This document shows, one piece after another, positions 48,698 to 59,207 of a stretch of DNA of 64,000 nt. The DNA lies in assembly GCA_023487035.1 (NCBI GenBank), contig JAMDEN010000014.1:683-64682 (forward strand). The letters are read 5' to 3'. Position numbers and translations under genes: made by a program. The DNA is from Actinomycetota bacterium. Its GTDB lineage: Bacteria > Actinomycetota > Humimicrobiia > Humimicrobiales > Humimicrobiaceae. The notes below the pieces were generated by a model. That model saw only the letters and a program-made list of their open reading frames with translations, searched no databases and was not told the DNA's origin. Every line of letters starts with the position of its first letter. The first letter of the stretch is position 1.

Positions 48698-50421
48698 GCC
48701 AGTTCCTCCTCCGAAAGTTGTGAATATACGATTTCACGATAAACCTCGCATGTTTTCAGCAGTTCCCTATGTGCTCCAATTCCAACAATTTTCCCGTCAT
48801 CAAGTACTATTATCTTGTCAGCATTCATTATTGTTGAAACTCTTTGAGCAATCAGAATAACAGTAGAACTTTTAATTTCAGGTTTTAGTGCAGCTCTTAA
48901 TCTGGCATCAGTTTTAAAATCAAGAGCAGAAAAACTGTCATCAAAAATATATATTTCAGGTTTTCTCACGAGGGCACGGGCAATTGAAAGACGCTGTTTT
49001 TGACCGCCGGAAACATTGGTGCCGCCTGCTGAAATATAATGATCAAATCCGCCTTCCATTTTTAAAATAAAATCAGTAGCTTGCGCTATATCTGCAGCAT
49101 GCCTGATTTCTTCCATAGTTGCATCTTTTTTACCATATCTTATATTTTCAGCAATGGTGCCGGAAAATATTATAATGTTTTGTGGAACAAAACCAATTTT
49201 AGCCCTTAAGACTTCCTGACTTATTTCCCTGACATCAACTCCATCTATCATAACACTCCCGCTATCAACATCATAAAATCTTGGAATAAGATTAACTAAA
49301 GTAGATTTACCTGAACCGGTGCTTCCAATAATTGCTGTTATTTCACCAGGGACTGCAGTGAAACTGATATTACATAAAACCGGCTGCTCTGAACCTTTAT
49401 AGCTGAATGTAACATCTTTAAATTCAACAACACCCCGTTTTTCAAAAACATTAACTGGCTTTTGGGGATCAACGATTTCAGGTTTCGTATCGAGAACTTC
49501 ATTAATTCTTACAGAAGAAGCCTGAGCACGTGGAACAAGAATAAATAATAACGTAAGCATAAGTAATGAAAATAATATTTGCATTGCATATTGGATAAAA
49601 GCCATAAGTGAGCCTATTTGCATATTCCCCTGATCTATTTTTATTCCACCAAACCAGATAATTGCTATTGTTGTAAAATTCATAATGAGCATCATTAATG
49701 GCATTAAAATTGCCATTATTTTATTTACTTTAATTGCATTTTCCATTAAATCAGCATTAGCATAATCAAATCTTGCCTTTTCTTTATCTATTCTATTAAA
49801 AGCCCTGATTACTCTTATTCCTGTAAGATTTTCACGTAAAACAAGATTTAATTTATCAAGCTTTATTTGCATCAATCTGAATAAAGGAATTCCTTTTACT
49901 AAAACAGTGCCTATAATTGCAGCCAGTATTGGAATTACTACAGCAAGAACCCATGTTAAGGATTTATTTTCCCTTAATGCCATTATTACCCCACCTATAC
50001 TAGTTAAAGGCGCAGTAATCATCATGCTAAAAATCATAACAGTTACTTGCTGAATTTGGGTAACATCATTTGTTGTTCTTGTAATAAGAGTAGCTGTTCC
50101 TAATTTATCAAACTCACTTAAAGAAAAACCCTCAACTTTTGTAAATATTTTTTCGCGTAAAATTTTACCAAGACCTACTGCTGTTTTTGATGTAAAAAAT
50201 GCTGCTATAATCGCACATGTTATACCAACAGCAGCGGTAATTAACATGATCCCGCCGGTTCTTAAAATATAATTAATATCCTTATTAATTATTCCATTAT
50301 TAACAATATTGGACATTAATGTTGGAAGGTAAAGATCAGCTATCACTTGAATAAATAATAATGTAACAATTGCTATAATAAAAAATGTAAATGGTTTTAA
50401 AAATCTGTATAATCTGAGCAT
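48694..50421 (-). CDS. ABC transporter permease/ATP-binding protein (type I exporter, heterodimer partner A)
   Basis: 575 aa. TMD plus NBD with Walker A GSTGSGKST, signature VSGGQKQRLSIARAL, Walker B IYIFDDSFSALD. Confidence 0.85.
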   Translation of the reverse strand: MLRLYRFLKPFTFFIIAIVTLLFIQVIADLYLPTLMSNIVNNGIINKDINYILRTGGIMLITAAVGITCAIIAAFFTSKTAVGLGKILREKIFTKVEGFSLSEFDKLGTATLITRTTNDVTQIQQVTVMIFSMMITAPLTSIGGVIMALRENKSLTWVLAVVIPILAAIIGTVLVKGIPLFRLMQIKLDKLNLVLRENLTGIRVIRAFNRIDKEKARFDYANADLMENAIKVNKIMAILMPLMMLIMNFTTIAIIWFGGIKIDQGNMQIGSLMAFIQYAMQILFSLLMLTLLFILVPRAQASSVRINEVLDTKPEIVDPQKPVNVFEKRGVVEFKDVTFSYKGSEQPVLCNISFTAVPGEITAIIGSTGSGKSTLVNLIPRFYDVDSGSVMIDGVDVREISQEVLRAKIGFVPQNIIIFSGTIAENIRYGKKDATMEEIRHAADIAQATDFILKMEGGFDHYISAGGTNVSGGQKQRLSIARALVRKPEIYIFDDSFSALDFKTDARLRAALKPEIKSSTVILIAQRVSTIMNADKIIVLDDGKIVGIGAHRELLKTCEVYREIVYSQLSEEELA

Positions 50422-50706
50422 AAATTATTTTTTCCCCTTATTTTCATCTTTCTTTTTCAATTATTTTTCTCTTTATTTTTTCCTATTTTTCCATTACTTC
50501 ATCTATTTTATCTTTATCTTCAATTTTCATAGTTTAATAAATAAGTTGAGATTAAAAATATTAATTATGATATTTATTTAATAGAAATAAATAAAAACTT
50601 AAAAAAACGATAAAATTTATAATTTATAAAATTATTAACTTTATAAGATAAATGTCAATTTAAATTTTTATTAAATAAGAAATTATTTTTAAGAATAGAA
50701 ATGCGG

Positions 50707-52116
50707 TTATTTAAGCTCGTAAATAAAATTGCATATTTCTTCCTGAATTTCTGTTGCCAGTTCAAGAGTTTTTGCTTCAACCATAATTCTTATTAACGGT
50801 TCAGTTCCGGAAGATCTTACGACTACTTTTCCCTCACCTTCCAGCTTATTTTGGGCTTCTGAAATTTTTTGCTTTAGCTTGTTGCTTTGCATTATTTCAT
50901 TTTTGTTTTTAACTTTTAAATTTTTTAAAAGTTGTGGATAATGTTCAATAATATCATAAATTTCGTTTATTTTTATTTGTGTTTTATTTATATACTCAAG
51001 GAATATAAGAGTTGAAACAAGACCATCACCAATATGGCTAAAATTTTTAAATATAATATGCCCTGATTGTTCTCCACCAAGAACACTATCAGTTTCAATC
51101 ATTTTTTCCAGAACATATCTGTCACCAACATTAGTTTTATAAACTTTTATATTATTTTCCTGCATTGCTTTTTCAAATCCATAATTTGCCATAATTGTTG
51201 TTACCACTGAATTATTTTTTAAAATATTTTCATTTTTCATATTAATTGCACAAAAAGCCATTATAACATCGCCATCAAAAATTCTTCCCTTGCTATCACA
51301 GCCTATTACCCTGTCACCGTCTCCATCATAAGAAAATCCGATATCTGCACGGGATTGCAGTACAATATTCTTTAAAACTTCAGGATGTGTCGAACCACAA
51401 TTATTATTAATAAGACCGCTTTCAAAATCCGTATTATAACTGATAACATCTGCACCAGACATCTTAAGCACTTTGGGAACAATTATACTCATTGCTCCAT
51501 TTGCACAATCAACTGCTACTTTTAGTTTGTTCAGATTAAAAGAAAAGTTTTTTATGATATGTTTAATATAAATATTAATTGAATTATTCAGGTTTTTTAT
51601 TCTTCCTACTTCAAGTCCGATTGGAACACTTTTTGTAATATTTTTGTCTGCTGTATCGCTATCTAAAATAAAATCCTCTATTAATTTTTCCTGTTCATCG
51701 CTTAACTTTTCCCCACCTTTTTTAAAGATTTTAATTCCGTTATCTTCAAGCGGGTTATGAGACGCAGATATAACGATTCCACCATCCATTTCTAACATTT
51801 TTGTGAGCATGGCTATTGCAGGAGTGCTGAGTATCCCAGCCATATAAACATCCGCTCCGCTGGATAAAATCCCTGCTGCAATAGATGCTTCTAAAAAATC
51901 ACCGGATGGTCTGCTGTCTTTACCAATTAATATCTTTGCTTTTCTGCCTTCACTATCCTTAATCAGAAATCTTGCAGCAGCCTTACCTGTTTTTAATGCA
52001 AGCTCTGGTGTTAATTCTTCATTTGCAATTCCTCTTATACCATCGGTACCAAATAATTTTCTTATATTTTCATTCATATAAACCTCTATATCTTTTATAA
52101 ATTCATTAATTTTCAA
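50707..52116 (-). CDS. glmM: phosphoglucosamine mutase
   Basis: 469 aa. FGTDGIRG, active-site SASHNP, PGM domains I-IV. Confidence 0.9.
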   Translation of the reverse strand: MKINEFIKDIEVYMNENIRKLFGTDGIRGIANEELTPELALKTGKAAARFLIKDSEGRKAKILIGKDSRPSGDFLEASIAAGILSSGADVYMAGILSTPAIAMLTKMLEMDGGIVISASHNPLEDNGIKIFKKGGEKLSDEQEKLIEDFILDSDTADKNITKSVPIGLEVGRIKNLNNSINIYIKHIIKNFSFNLNKLKVAVDCANGAMSIIVPKVLKMSGADVISYNTDFESGLINNNCGSTHPEVLKNIVLQSRADIGFSYDGDGDRVIGCDSKGRIFDGDVIMAFCAINMKNENILKNNSVVTTIMANYGFEKAMQENNIKVYKTNVGDRYVLEKMIETDSVLGGEQSGHIIFKNFSHIGDGLVSTLIFLEYINKTQIKINEIYDIIEHYPQLLKNLKVKNKNEIMQSNKLKQKISEAQNKLEGEGKVVVRSSGTEPLIRIMVEAKTLELATEIQEEICNFIYELK

Positions 52117-53161
52117 TATATTTTTTTATAACAAATGGCGAAGTCATACATGATAAAAGACCGAAATAATCAAGTTTAAATTTAACTACACTCCCAACTT
52201 TTAATTCTATCTCTAAATTTTTTGAAATATCTTTAATATTAGAATTATAATACTGTTTCTTTAATCCTAAAACTGTATGGTCACTACTCTGGCCAATAAT
52301 TTCATAAAACGGGTTTTCAATTTTTATATGCTTGTAACTTACATCCTGTAACCCCAGAGCAATAATTGCCTTATATATTTTTCCATCTTTTTCTTTAACT
52401 TCTATGACTTCGGCTTCAAGTTTAAAACAATCTTCATATGCTCCCGAAATTTTTTCATAATGTGAAGTTTCATTACCAATAAAAATTGCTTCTCCAATCC
52501 TTACCTGATTAACTTCTTTGGGAATAGTCCCAGCTTCAATATATTTCCATAAGCTTGAATTCCCTCCAGAAATTACAGGAATTTTATAATTATATATTTC
52601 ATTTATTTTATTTCTTATCTTTATAAGATATTCAATACTCTTTAAAGTTGGCCTTTTTTTTGATAAACATCTTGCATTAGTTCCAAGCCCTATAACCTTA
52701 ATATTTTTATAATTTACATACACTTCATTAAAAAATGCCAGTACCTCTTTTGGATAAATCCCTTCACGTTTATCATCAATTTCAACCATTATTATAATAT
52801 TATGGGTTATCTTTTTCCTTAAACAAATTTGCGAAATAAGTTTTATTGTTTCAAGCTCTGTTTGCATGGAAGTATCGCAAATTTTAACAAGTGATTCGCA
52901 CTCAGAAAGCATTGGGGTTCTAAGTAATAAAAGTTCCTGCCCATAGCCAAAATAATTTCTCAGTTTCTGTAAATTTAAAAGTCGGCTGTCTCCAAAAATT
53001 TTAATTCCTGATTTTTTAAGAACTTTAACAATTGTAATATCTGCCAGTATGCTTTTAGTAACACCAACGACCGATATACCTGATTGGTTACATCGGTCGT
53101 TTATTAATTTTGCATTATCAGCAATTTTTTTTAAATTTATTTTAATACATGGAAAACTCAT
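52106..53161 (-). CDS. alanine-racemase-fold PLP-dependent enzyme (Orr/YhfX-like putative amino-acid racemase)
   Basis: 351 aa. N-terminal TIM-barrel with candidate PLP lysine in VVGVTKSILAD. C-terminal beta domain. 11-nt overlap with glmM. 15 bp downstream of rpsI. Confidence 0.5.
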   Translation of the reverse strand: MSFPCIKINLKKIADNAKLINDRCNQSGISVVGVTKSILADITIVKVLKKSGIKIFGDSRLLNLQKLRNYFGYGQELLLLRTPMLSECESLVKICDTSMQTELETIKLISQICLRKKITHNIIIMVEIDDKREGIYPKEVLAFFNEVYVNYKNIKVIGLGTNARCLSKKRPTLKSIEYLIKIRNKINEIYNYKIPVISGGNSSLWKYIEAGTIPKEVNQVRIGEAIFIGNETSHYEKISGAYEDCFKLEAEVIEVKEKDGKIYKAIIALGLQDVSYKHIKIENPFYEIIGQSSDHTVLGLKKQYYNSNIKDISKNLEIELKVGSVVKFKLDYFGLLSCMTSPFVIKKYIEN

Positions 53162-53175
53162 TAAAAAAGATTAAA

Positions 53176-53571
53176 TTATCTCTTTGAGTATTGTGGTCTC
53201 TTTCTTGCTTTTTTAAGACCGTATTTCTTTCTTTCTTTTATTCTTGAATCTCTTGTTAAAAATCCCTCTTTCTTTAAAATAATTCTATACTCAGGATTTA
53301 TTTCAAGTAATGCTCTGGAAATACCATGTCTTAAAGCTCCAGCCTGCCCTGATATACCTCCACCTTCAATTGATGCAATGACATCATAAGCATTCAAAGT
53401 ACCTGTCAGGTTAAATGGCTCAATAATTGAATTTATAATAGTTTCTCTTGGAAAATATTCTTTAAAATCTCTATTATTAACAATAATTTTACCTTCGCCA
53501 GGTTTAATCCAGACTCTTGCTGTAGATTCCTTCCTTCTTCCAGTTGCATAATATTTAACTTCTTCTGCCAA
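53176..53571 (-). CDS. rpsI: 30S ribosomal protein S9
   Basis: 131 aa. C-terminal ...[14 protein letters not shown]. Confidence 0.9.
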   Translation of the reverse strand: MAEEVKYYATGRRKESTARVWIKPGEGKIIVNNRDFKEYFPRETIINSIIEPFNLTGTLNAYDVIASIEGGGISGQAGALRHGISRALLEINPEYRIILKKEGFLTRDSRIKERKKYGLKKARKRPQYSKR

Positions 53572-53753
53572 CTTTTTCTCCTTTTAACCTTCCTAAAAAA
53601 TTAAGCTTATAAACTTAGATTATATATAATTTTTTAAAATAACTTTAATATTAATATCTATCTCCATAAATCTATATTTCTATAATTATATATCTATAAA
53701 CCTGTAATTAATTTAATTTAATTTAATTATATATCTGAATTATATCTAAATAA

Positions 53754-54212
53754 TTATACTTCTAAAACTTCGGGCTTTTGTGCTTTGTGCGGATGAACAG
53801 GCCCTGGATATATTTTTAATTTCTTTATCAATTTTCTTCCTAATATATTATGTGGAAGCATTCCTTTAACAGCTTTTAAAAGTACATACTGCGGACTTTT
53901 CTTCATTAATTTTCCAAGGCTTGTAATTTTCATATTTCCAACATATCCTGAATGTCTGTAATATTTTTTATCCTCAAGCTTATTACCCGTAACTGCAAGC
54001 TTACTTGAATTAATAACAATAACATAATCTCCACAATCTACATGAGGAGTAAATATTGGTTTATTTTTGCCTCTTAATATTTTGGCAATTTCAGTAGAAA
54101 TCCTTCCAAGCGTTTTTCCACTGGCATCTATTACATACCATTTTTTTTCAATATCTTTTTCTTTTGCACTATAAGTTTTTGTGCCAACAGTTACCATTTG
54201 TCCTCCAATCAA
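53754..54212 (-). CDS. rplM: 50S ribosomal protein L13
   Basis: Conserved KKWYVIDASGKTLGR. Start may be an internal Met (MVTV...). Confidence 0.9.
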   Translation of the reverse strand: MIGGQMVTVGTKTYSAKEKDIEKKWYVIDASGKTLGRISTEIAKILRGKNKPIFTPHVDCGDYVIVINSSKLAVTGNKLEDKKYYRHSGYVGNMKITSLGKLMKKSPQYVLLKAVKGMLPHNILGRKLIKKLKIYPGPVHPHKAQKPEVLEV

Positions 54213-54232
54213 GTGATAAAACTAATTATACC

Positions 54233-54988
54233 CTATCTATAACCTACATCTGTAAGAAATAAACCCTTAGCTTCAACAATTTTCCCGGCTAAATCTCTAC
54301 TATTATTTTTAAAAGCATAATCAATTGTAGAGATATCTCTTACACCTTTACCAATTTCCAGTAAAGTTCCAACTATAATTCTTACCATATTATAAAGAAA
54401 AGAATTTGCTTTAATCTTAAAAACTAAAACTTCATTAACTCCAAAAATACTTTTTTTAAAAATTTTAAAATCAAAAATTTCTCTAATTTTGTTTTCATTT
54501 TCATCATTTGGACTGCAAAATGACGAAAAATCTTTTTCCCCGATAAAAGCTTCCGAAGCTTTAATCATTAAATCCAGATTTAATTTTTTACAAACCAGAA
54601 TGCTATATTTTTTCAAAAAAACATCCTGATAATTATCATTTACAACAAAATAACTATATTCCCGCCACAGTGCATCACGTCTCGAATCAAACGTATCTGC
54701 TTCTCTTGTAATAAATCTTACTGATATATCATCTGGAAGAAGTGAATTTAAAGACCATTTAAATTTATATAAATCCAGTTCTTCTTCACTTTTAAAATTT
54801 ATTACCTGATTTAATGCATGAACGCCTGCATCTGTTCTTCCTGCATAAGCTATTTTTGTTTCTTTATTAAAAATCATGTTAAGAACTTTTACTATTTCAC
54901 CCTGTACAGTTCTTAATCCACCTGGCTGAATCTGAAAACCATAAAATTTTGTTCCATCATATTCAATTACAGCTTTATAATTAATCAT
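54233..54988 (-). CDS. truA: tRNA pseudouridine(38-40) synthase
   Basis: 251 aa. YDGTKFYGFQIQ and catalytic-Asp region GRTDAGVHA. Confidence 0.85.
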   Translation of the reverse strand: MINYKAVIEYDGTKFYGFQIQPGGLRTVQGEIVKVLNMIFNKETKIAYAGRTDAGVHALNQVINFKSEEELDLYKFKWSLNSLLPDDISVRFITREADTFDSRRDALWREYSYFVVNDNYQDVFLKKYSILVCKKLNLDLMIKASEAFIGEKDFSSFCSPNDENENKIREIFDFKIFKKSIFGVNEVLVFKIKANSFLYNMVRIIVGTLLEIGKGVRDISTIDYAFKNNSRDLAGKIVEAKGLFLTDVGYR

Positions 54989-55017
54989 TAAAAAACTGAA
55001 TAAAAAAATAACTTAAA

Positions 55018-55371
55018 TTATTTTAATAATTCTACTTGTACTATTTCTGCTCCATCTCCAGGACGATTTTTCACCCTTACAATTCTTGTAAATCCACTTG
55101 AACGTGCATAAGTAGCTGGAGCAATTTCATTAAATAATTTTTGAACAGAACTATAGTTTCCAAGAAGCTTTAAACATTGTCTTCTTGATGCCAGGTCACC
55201 TTTTTTTGCAAATGTAATTAATTTATCAACGAACATCCTTAAAAATTTTGCTTTAGTTATTGTAGTTTCAATTTTACCATTTTCAAATAATGATATAGCA
55301 AGATTTTTCATTATTGCTTTTTGATGGCTACCACTTCCACCAATTCTTCTTCCTTTTTTTGGTTGAACCAT
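55018..55371 (-). CDS. rplQ: 50S ribosomal protein L17
   Basis: 117 aa. SGSHQKAIMKNLA...TT..KAK.LR. Confidence 0.9.
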   Translation of the reverse strand: MVQPKKGRRIGGSGSHQKAIMKNLAISLFENGKIETTITKAKFLRMFVDKLITFAKKGDLASRRQCLKLLGNYSSVQKLFNEIAPATYARSSGFTRIVRVKNRPGDGAEIVQVELLK

Positions 55372-55398
55372 ATTACTATACTCCTATATTCTCCTGCT

Positions 55399-56334
55399 TT
55401 ACTTTTTCTTAAATGACAGACCCAATTCACTAACTTTATTTTTAACTTCCTGTATAGATTTTTGTCCAAAATTTCTAATGTCAAGCAATTCATCTTCAGT
55501 ATATTGAAGCAGTTTTTCTACAGTATCAATGCCTGCTCTTTTCAGACAATTATATGATCTTACAGATAATTCCATATCCTCGATAGATGGATATTGCTGT
55601 TTTTTAGCTTTTTGTTCGATTTTTTCAAAAATAGGATCTTCATTTTTTGTCTTTTCAGATAAATCAATCATTAAAGCCATATAATCATTTATAATTTTTG
55701 AAGCCTGGCTTAAAGCTTCTTCAGGTTTTATACTTCCATTTGTTTTTATAGTCATAGTAAGCTTATCAAAGTTAGTCATTTGTCCAACACGAGTATTTTC
55801 AACTTTAAACATTACTCTTTTTATTGGAGAAAAAACTGTATCAACAGGTATAACGCCTAAGGGATCTCCTTGAGAAATATTTTCTTCTGCGTTCTTATAA
55901 CCTATTCCTTTTTCTACAACCATTTCTATTCTTAATTTACCATCTTTTGATAATGTTGCTATATAACAATCTTTATTAATAATTTCGACTTCTGAAGGAA
56001 GATTGATATCGGCTGCCGTAACTTCACAAGGCCCGCTTTTATCTAACTTAACTACTGCCTGATCAGCAAGTTCCATTTTAAAAACTACCTGCCTTAAATT
56101 AGAAATCAATTCAATAATATCTTCTTTTAAACCTTCAAGAGTGGAAAATTCGTGCTGAACATTATCAATTCTTATTTTTGTGACACCAGCACCTTCAATC
56201 GAAGATAGTAATACTCTTCTTATTGAATTACCTAAAGTATGGCCAAATCCTCTTTCTAAAGGTTCAAGAATAAATTCCCCTTCGAAATCATTAGCCATTT
56301 TAATACTAATATTTGGTTTATGCATTTTTAACAA
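55399..56334 (-). CDS. rpoA: DNA-directed RNA polymerase subunit alpha
   Basis: 311 aa. EPLERGFGHTLGNSIRRVLLSS. C-terminal CTD. Confidence 0.9.
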   Translation of the reverse strand: MLKMHKPNISIKMANDFEGEFILEPLERGFGHTLGNSIRRVLLSSIEGAGVTKIRIDNVQHEFSTLEGLKEDIIELISNLRQVVFKMELADQAVVKLDKSGPCEVTAADINLPSEVEIINKDCYIATLSKDGKLRIEMVVEKGIGYKNAEENISQGDPLGVIPVDTVFSPIKRVMFKVENTRVGQMTNFDKLTMTIKTNGSIKPEEALSQASKIINDYMALMIDLSEKTKNEDPIFEKIEQKAKKQQYPSIEDMELSVRSYNCLKRAGIDTVEKLLQYTEDELLDIRNFGQKSIQEVKNKVSELGLSFKKK

Positions 56335-56468
56335 TTTATTTTAACCTCCTAATACTAAGAGAGAAAATTTATCAAAATAATAAAAATATAAAAAATAAAT
56401 AAAATATTTGTAATATATAATTAAATATAATAATTAAATATAATTTAATAAATAAGAAATATTAAGAA

Positions 56469-57095
56469 TTACTTGGAATAAAGCTCAATAATCATTTGTT
56501 CATTAATAGGAGCTTTAATGTCTGTTCTTTCAGGAACTCGAATAACTTTACCTTTTAAATTTTTTAAATCAACTTCAAGCCATTCAGGAATATTTAAACT
56601 TCCCGCACTTTCCTTAGCTTCTACAATAAAAGGTAATTCTTTGCTTTTTTCTGCAATTGAAATTTCCTGACCTTCTTTTACTTGATATGATGGTATATCA
56701 ACCTTTTTCCCGTTTACTTGTACATGCCCATGGGAAATAATTTGCCTTGCCTGAGCTCTTGATGTTGCAAAACCCATCAGATATAAAACATTATCAAGCC
56801 TCATTTCAAGCAATTGCAATAAAACTTCACCTGTAATACCTTGTTTTCTTGTAGCTTTTTTATAATAATTATAAAATTGTGCTTCTAATATACCATAATA
56901 TCTTTTTGCTTTTTGTTTTTCTCTAAGCTGAGCATAATATTCAGACTCAACTAATCTCATTTTTGCTTTCTGGCCAGGAACATATGGTTTTTTTACTACT
57001 GCACATTTATCTGTAAAGCACCTTAACCCTTTTAAAAATAATTTTTCTTTTTCTCTTCTGCATAACTTACAAACAGCATCTTTAACTCTAGCCAT
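56469..57095 (-). CDS. rpsD: 30S ribosomal protein S4
   Basis: 208 aa. Zn-finger CKLCRREKEKLFLKGLRCFTDKC. S4 domain. Confidence 0.9.
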   Translation of the reverse strand: MARVKDAVCKLCRREKEKLFLKGLRCFTDKCAVVKKPYVPGQKAKMRLVESEYYAQLREKQKAKRYYGILEAQFYNYYKKATRKQGITGEVLLQLLEMRLDNVLYLMGFATSRAQARQIISHGHVQVNGKKVDIPSYQVKEGQEISIAEKSKELPFIVEAKESAGSLNIPEWLEVDLKNLKGKVIRVPERTDIKAPINEQMIIELYSK

Positions 57096-57141
57096 TTAAA
57101 ATAACTCCTTATTTGTAAATATTTCTAAACATCTAAATTTC

Positions 57142-57540
57142 TTATACTCTTCTTCTCTTTGGTGGTCTGCAACCATTATGTGGAACTGGAGTAACATCCA
57201 TTATTGACCCTATTTCTAACCCGACTGCTTGTAAGGATCTTACAGCAGTTTCTCTTCCTGAGCCAACACCTTTAACTCTTACATCAACTTTTGTTAAACC
57301 ATGTTCCTGTGCTGCTTTTGCAACAGCAGTTGCTGTAACCTGAGCCGCAAATGGAGTGCTTTTCCTTGAACCTTTAAAACCTTGCCCGCCTGCACTACCC
57401 CATGCAATTGTATTACCTTTTAAATCCGTTATATTAACTATAGTGTTATTAAAAGTAGACTGAATATGAGCAATTCCATAAGGAATATTTTTTCTTTCTT
57501 TTCTTTTAATTCTTTTTTTAGCAGTTTGTTTTGTTGCCAA
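57142..57540 (-). CDS. rpsK: 30S ribosomal protein S11
   Basis: 132 aa. C-terminal ...[13 protein letters not shown]. Confidence 0.9.
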   Translation of the reverse strand: MATKQTAKKRIKRKERKNIPYGIAHIQSTFNNTIVNITDLKGNTIAWGSAGGQGFKGSRKSTPFAAQVTATAVAKAAQEHGLTKVDVRVKGVGSGRETAVRSLQAVGLEIGSIMDVTPVPHNGCRPPKRRRV

Positions 57541-57555
57541 GTTTTATCCTCCTGA

Positions 57556-57942
57556 TTATTTAGCAGAAACTGTTGCTTTTTTCTTAATTCCAACTGAAGG
57601 CCTTCTCCCTTTTCTGGTCCTTGCATTTGTATGAGTTCTCTGGCCTCTTACTGGTAAATTCCTTTTATGTCTAATTCCTCTATAAGAATTTATTTCAATA
57701 AGCCTTTTTATGTTTTGACTTACTTCTCTTCTTAAGTCACCTTCAATTTTTAAATTTGCATCAATATATTCTCTTATCTTTATGATTTCCTCTTCTGTCA
57801 ATTCACTTGTCTTCCTTGCAGGATCTATATTAAGCGCTGCAAGAATCTTTTTAGCAGCAGGTCTTCCAATACCATAAATATAAGTAAGAGCAATACATAT
57901 ATGTTTATTTCTGGGAATATCGATTCCACCAATTCTAGCCAA
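57556..57942 (-). CDS. rpsM: 30S ribosomal protein S13
   Basis: 128 aa. [14 protein letters not shown]... Confidence 0.9.
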   Translation of the reverse strand: MARIGGIDIPRNKHICIALTYIYGIGRPAAKKILAALNIDPARKTSELTEEEIIKIREYIDANLKIEGDLRREVSQNIKRLIEINSYRGIRHKRNLPVRGQRTHTNARTRKGRRPSVGIKKKATVSAK

Positions 57943-57955
57943 TTAAATTTCCTCC

Positions 57956-58069
57956 TTATCCTTGTCTTTGCTTATGACGGGGATTTTTACAAATAACCAT
58001 GACTTTACCCTCACGCCTGATAATTCGGCAATCATTGCAAATTTTTTTAACTGATGGTCTAACTTTCAT
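57956..58069 (-). CDS. rpmJ: 50S ribosomal protein L36
   Basis: Absent from the ORF track (37 aa). Translation [37 protein letters not shown]. Zn-ribbon CxxC...C...H. Confidence 0.85.
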   Translation of the reverse strand: MKVRPSVKKICNDCRIIRREGKVMVICKNPRHKQRQG

Positions 58070-58112
58070 TTTATTTCCTTTTATATTTAAATATCTTTAT
58101 AATATTGTCTGA

Positions 58113-58367
58113 TTATTTTTTTCTGTAAATTATTCTACCCCTGGTCAAATCATATGGGGATAATTCTACTTTTACAACATCTCCAGGTAATATCTTTATA
58201 TAATGCATTCTCATTTTACCTGAAATATGTGCAAGAACTTTATGCCCATTCTCCAACTCTACACGAAACATTGCATTGGGCAATGCTTCAAGTATTGTCC
58301 CTTCTACTTCAATTATTTCTTCTTTTTCTGAAATAATTCCCTCCTTAATATTCAAAAAAGAAGGCAA
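58113..58367 (-). CDS. infA: translation initiation factor IF-1
   Basis: Conserved core [65 protein letters not shown]. The annotated TTG start is probably too far upstream (see findings). Confidence 0.85.
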   Translation of the reverse strand: MPSFLNIKEGIISEKEEIIEVEGTILEALPNAMFRVELENGHKVLAHISGKMRMHYIKILPGDVVKVELSPYDLTRGRIIYRKK

Positions 58368-58439
58368 ATAAGTAATTTATCAAATTAAATTAAAAATGTC
58401 TATCACTTTTTTAATTTAATTTAAATATTAATTAAATTA

Positions 58440-59207
58440 CTAATTAATCCTCGTTAATATTATTGAGCCATTTGAAGTAATTGCAACTGTATCTTCAAAA
58501 TGACAGGATAGTTTTCTATCACTTGTAACAACTGTCCAGTTATCATTTAGAACTTCCACTTCGCTTTTGCCTTCATTTAACATAGGCTCAATTGCAAGCA
58601 CGATTCCTTTTTTTAATAAAGGTCCCTGGTGTGCCGGTCCATAATTTAATACCTGTGGGTCTTCATGCATATTTCTTCCAATACCATGGCCAACAAAATC
58701 TTTTACAACTGAATATCCATTTCTTAATGCTAACTGCTCTATTGTACTGGAAATATCTCCTAACCTGTTACCTTCAACACACTTGCCAATTGCCGCATTT
58801 AAAGCATCCCGGGTAGTTTTTATTATTTTTTGTACCTTTTCATTAACATTCCCGACAGGAAAACTTCTTGCAGCATCTCCAAAAAACCCGTCAAGTTGTA
58901 CACCAACGTCTATCGATATTAAATCTCCATCTTTTAAAATTCTTTTACCTGGAATTCCATGAACAACTTCCTCATTAATTGATGCGCAAATTGTACCAGG
59001 AAATGGTATTTTTGAAATTCTTCCAAGATAACCTTTAAATGCAGGTTTTGCATTATGCTCAATTATCATTTTTTCTGCAATTTTATCTAAAAATTCCGTT
59101 GAAATCCCCGGTTTTATTAAACTTTCAAGTTTTAAAAGAACATTACACACAAGCTCACCTGCACGCTTCATGAGCTTTATTTCGTCATCTGATTTATAAA
59201 TAATCAT
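58440..59207 (-). CDS. map: type I methionine aminopeptidase
   Basis: 255 aa. Metal ligands in D..DVG..L.G..GD...H..E...E pattern. Confidence 0.9.
   Translation of the reverse strand: MIIYKSDDEIKLMKRAGELVCNVLLKLESLIKPGISTEFLDKIAEKMIIEHNAKPAFKGYLGRISKIPFPGTICASINEEVVHGIPGKRILKDGDLISIDVGVQLDGFFGDAARSFPVGNVNEKVQKIIKTTRDALNAAIGKCVEGNRLGDISSTIEQLALRNGYSVVKDFVGHGIGRNMHEDPQVLNYGPAHQGPLLKKGIVLAIEPMLNEGKSEVEVLNDNWTVVTSDRKLSCHFEDTVAITSNGSIILTRIN

Noticed and set aside
55311-55493. 60-aa ORF bridging rpoA and rplQ, and 62-aa ORF at 57438-57626 bridging rpsK/rpsM
   Set aside because: They overlap the conserved termini of ribosomal and RNAP genes in another frame and are spurious.
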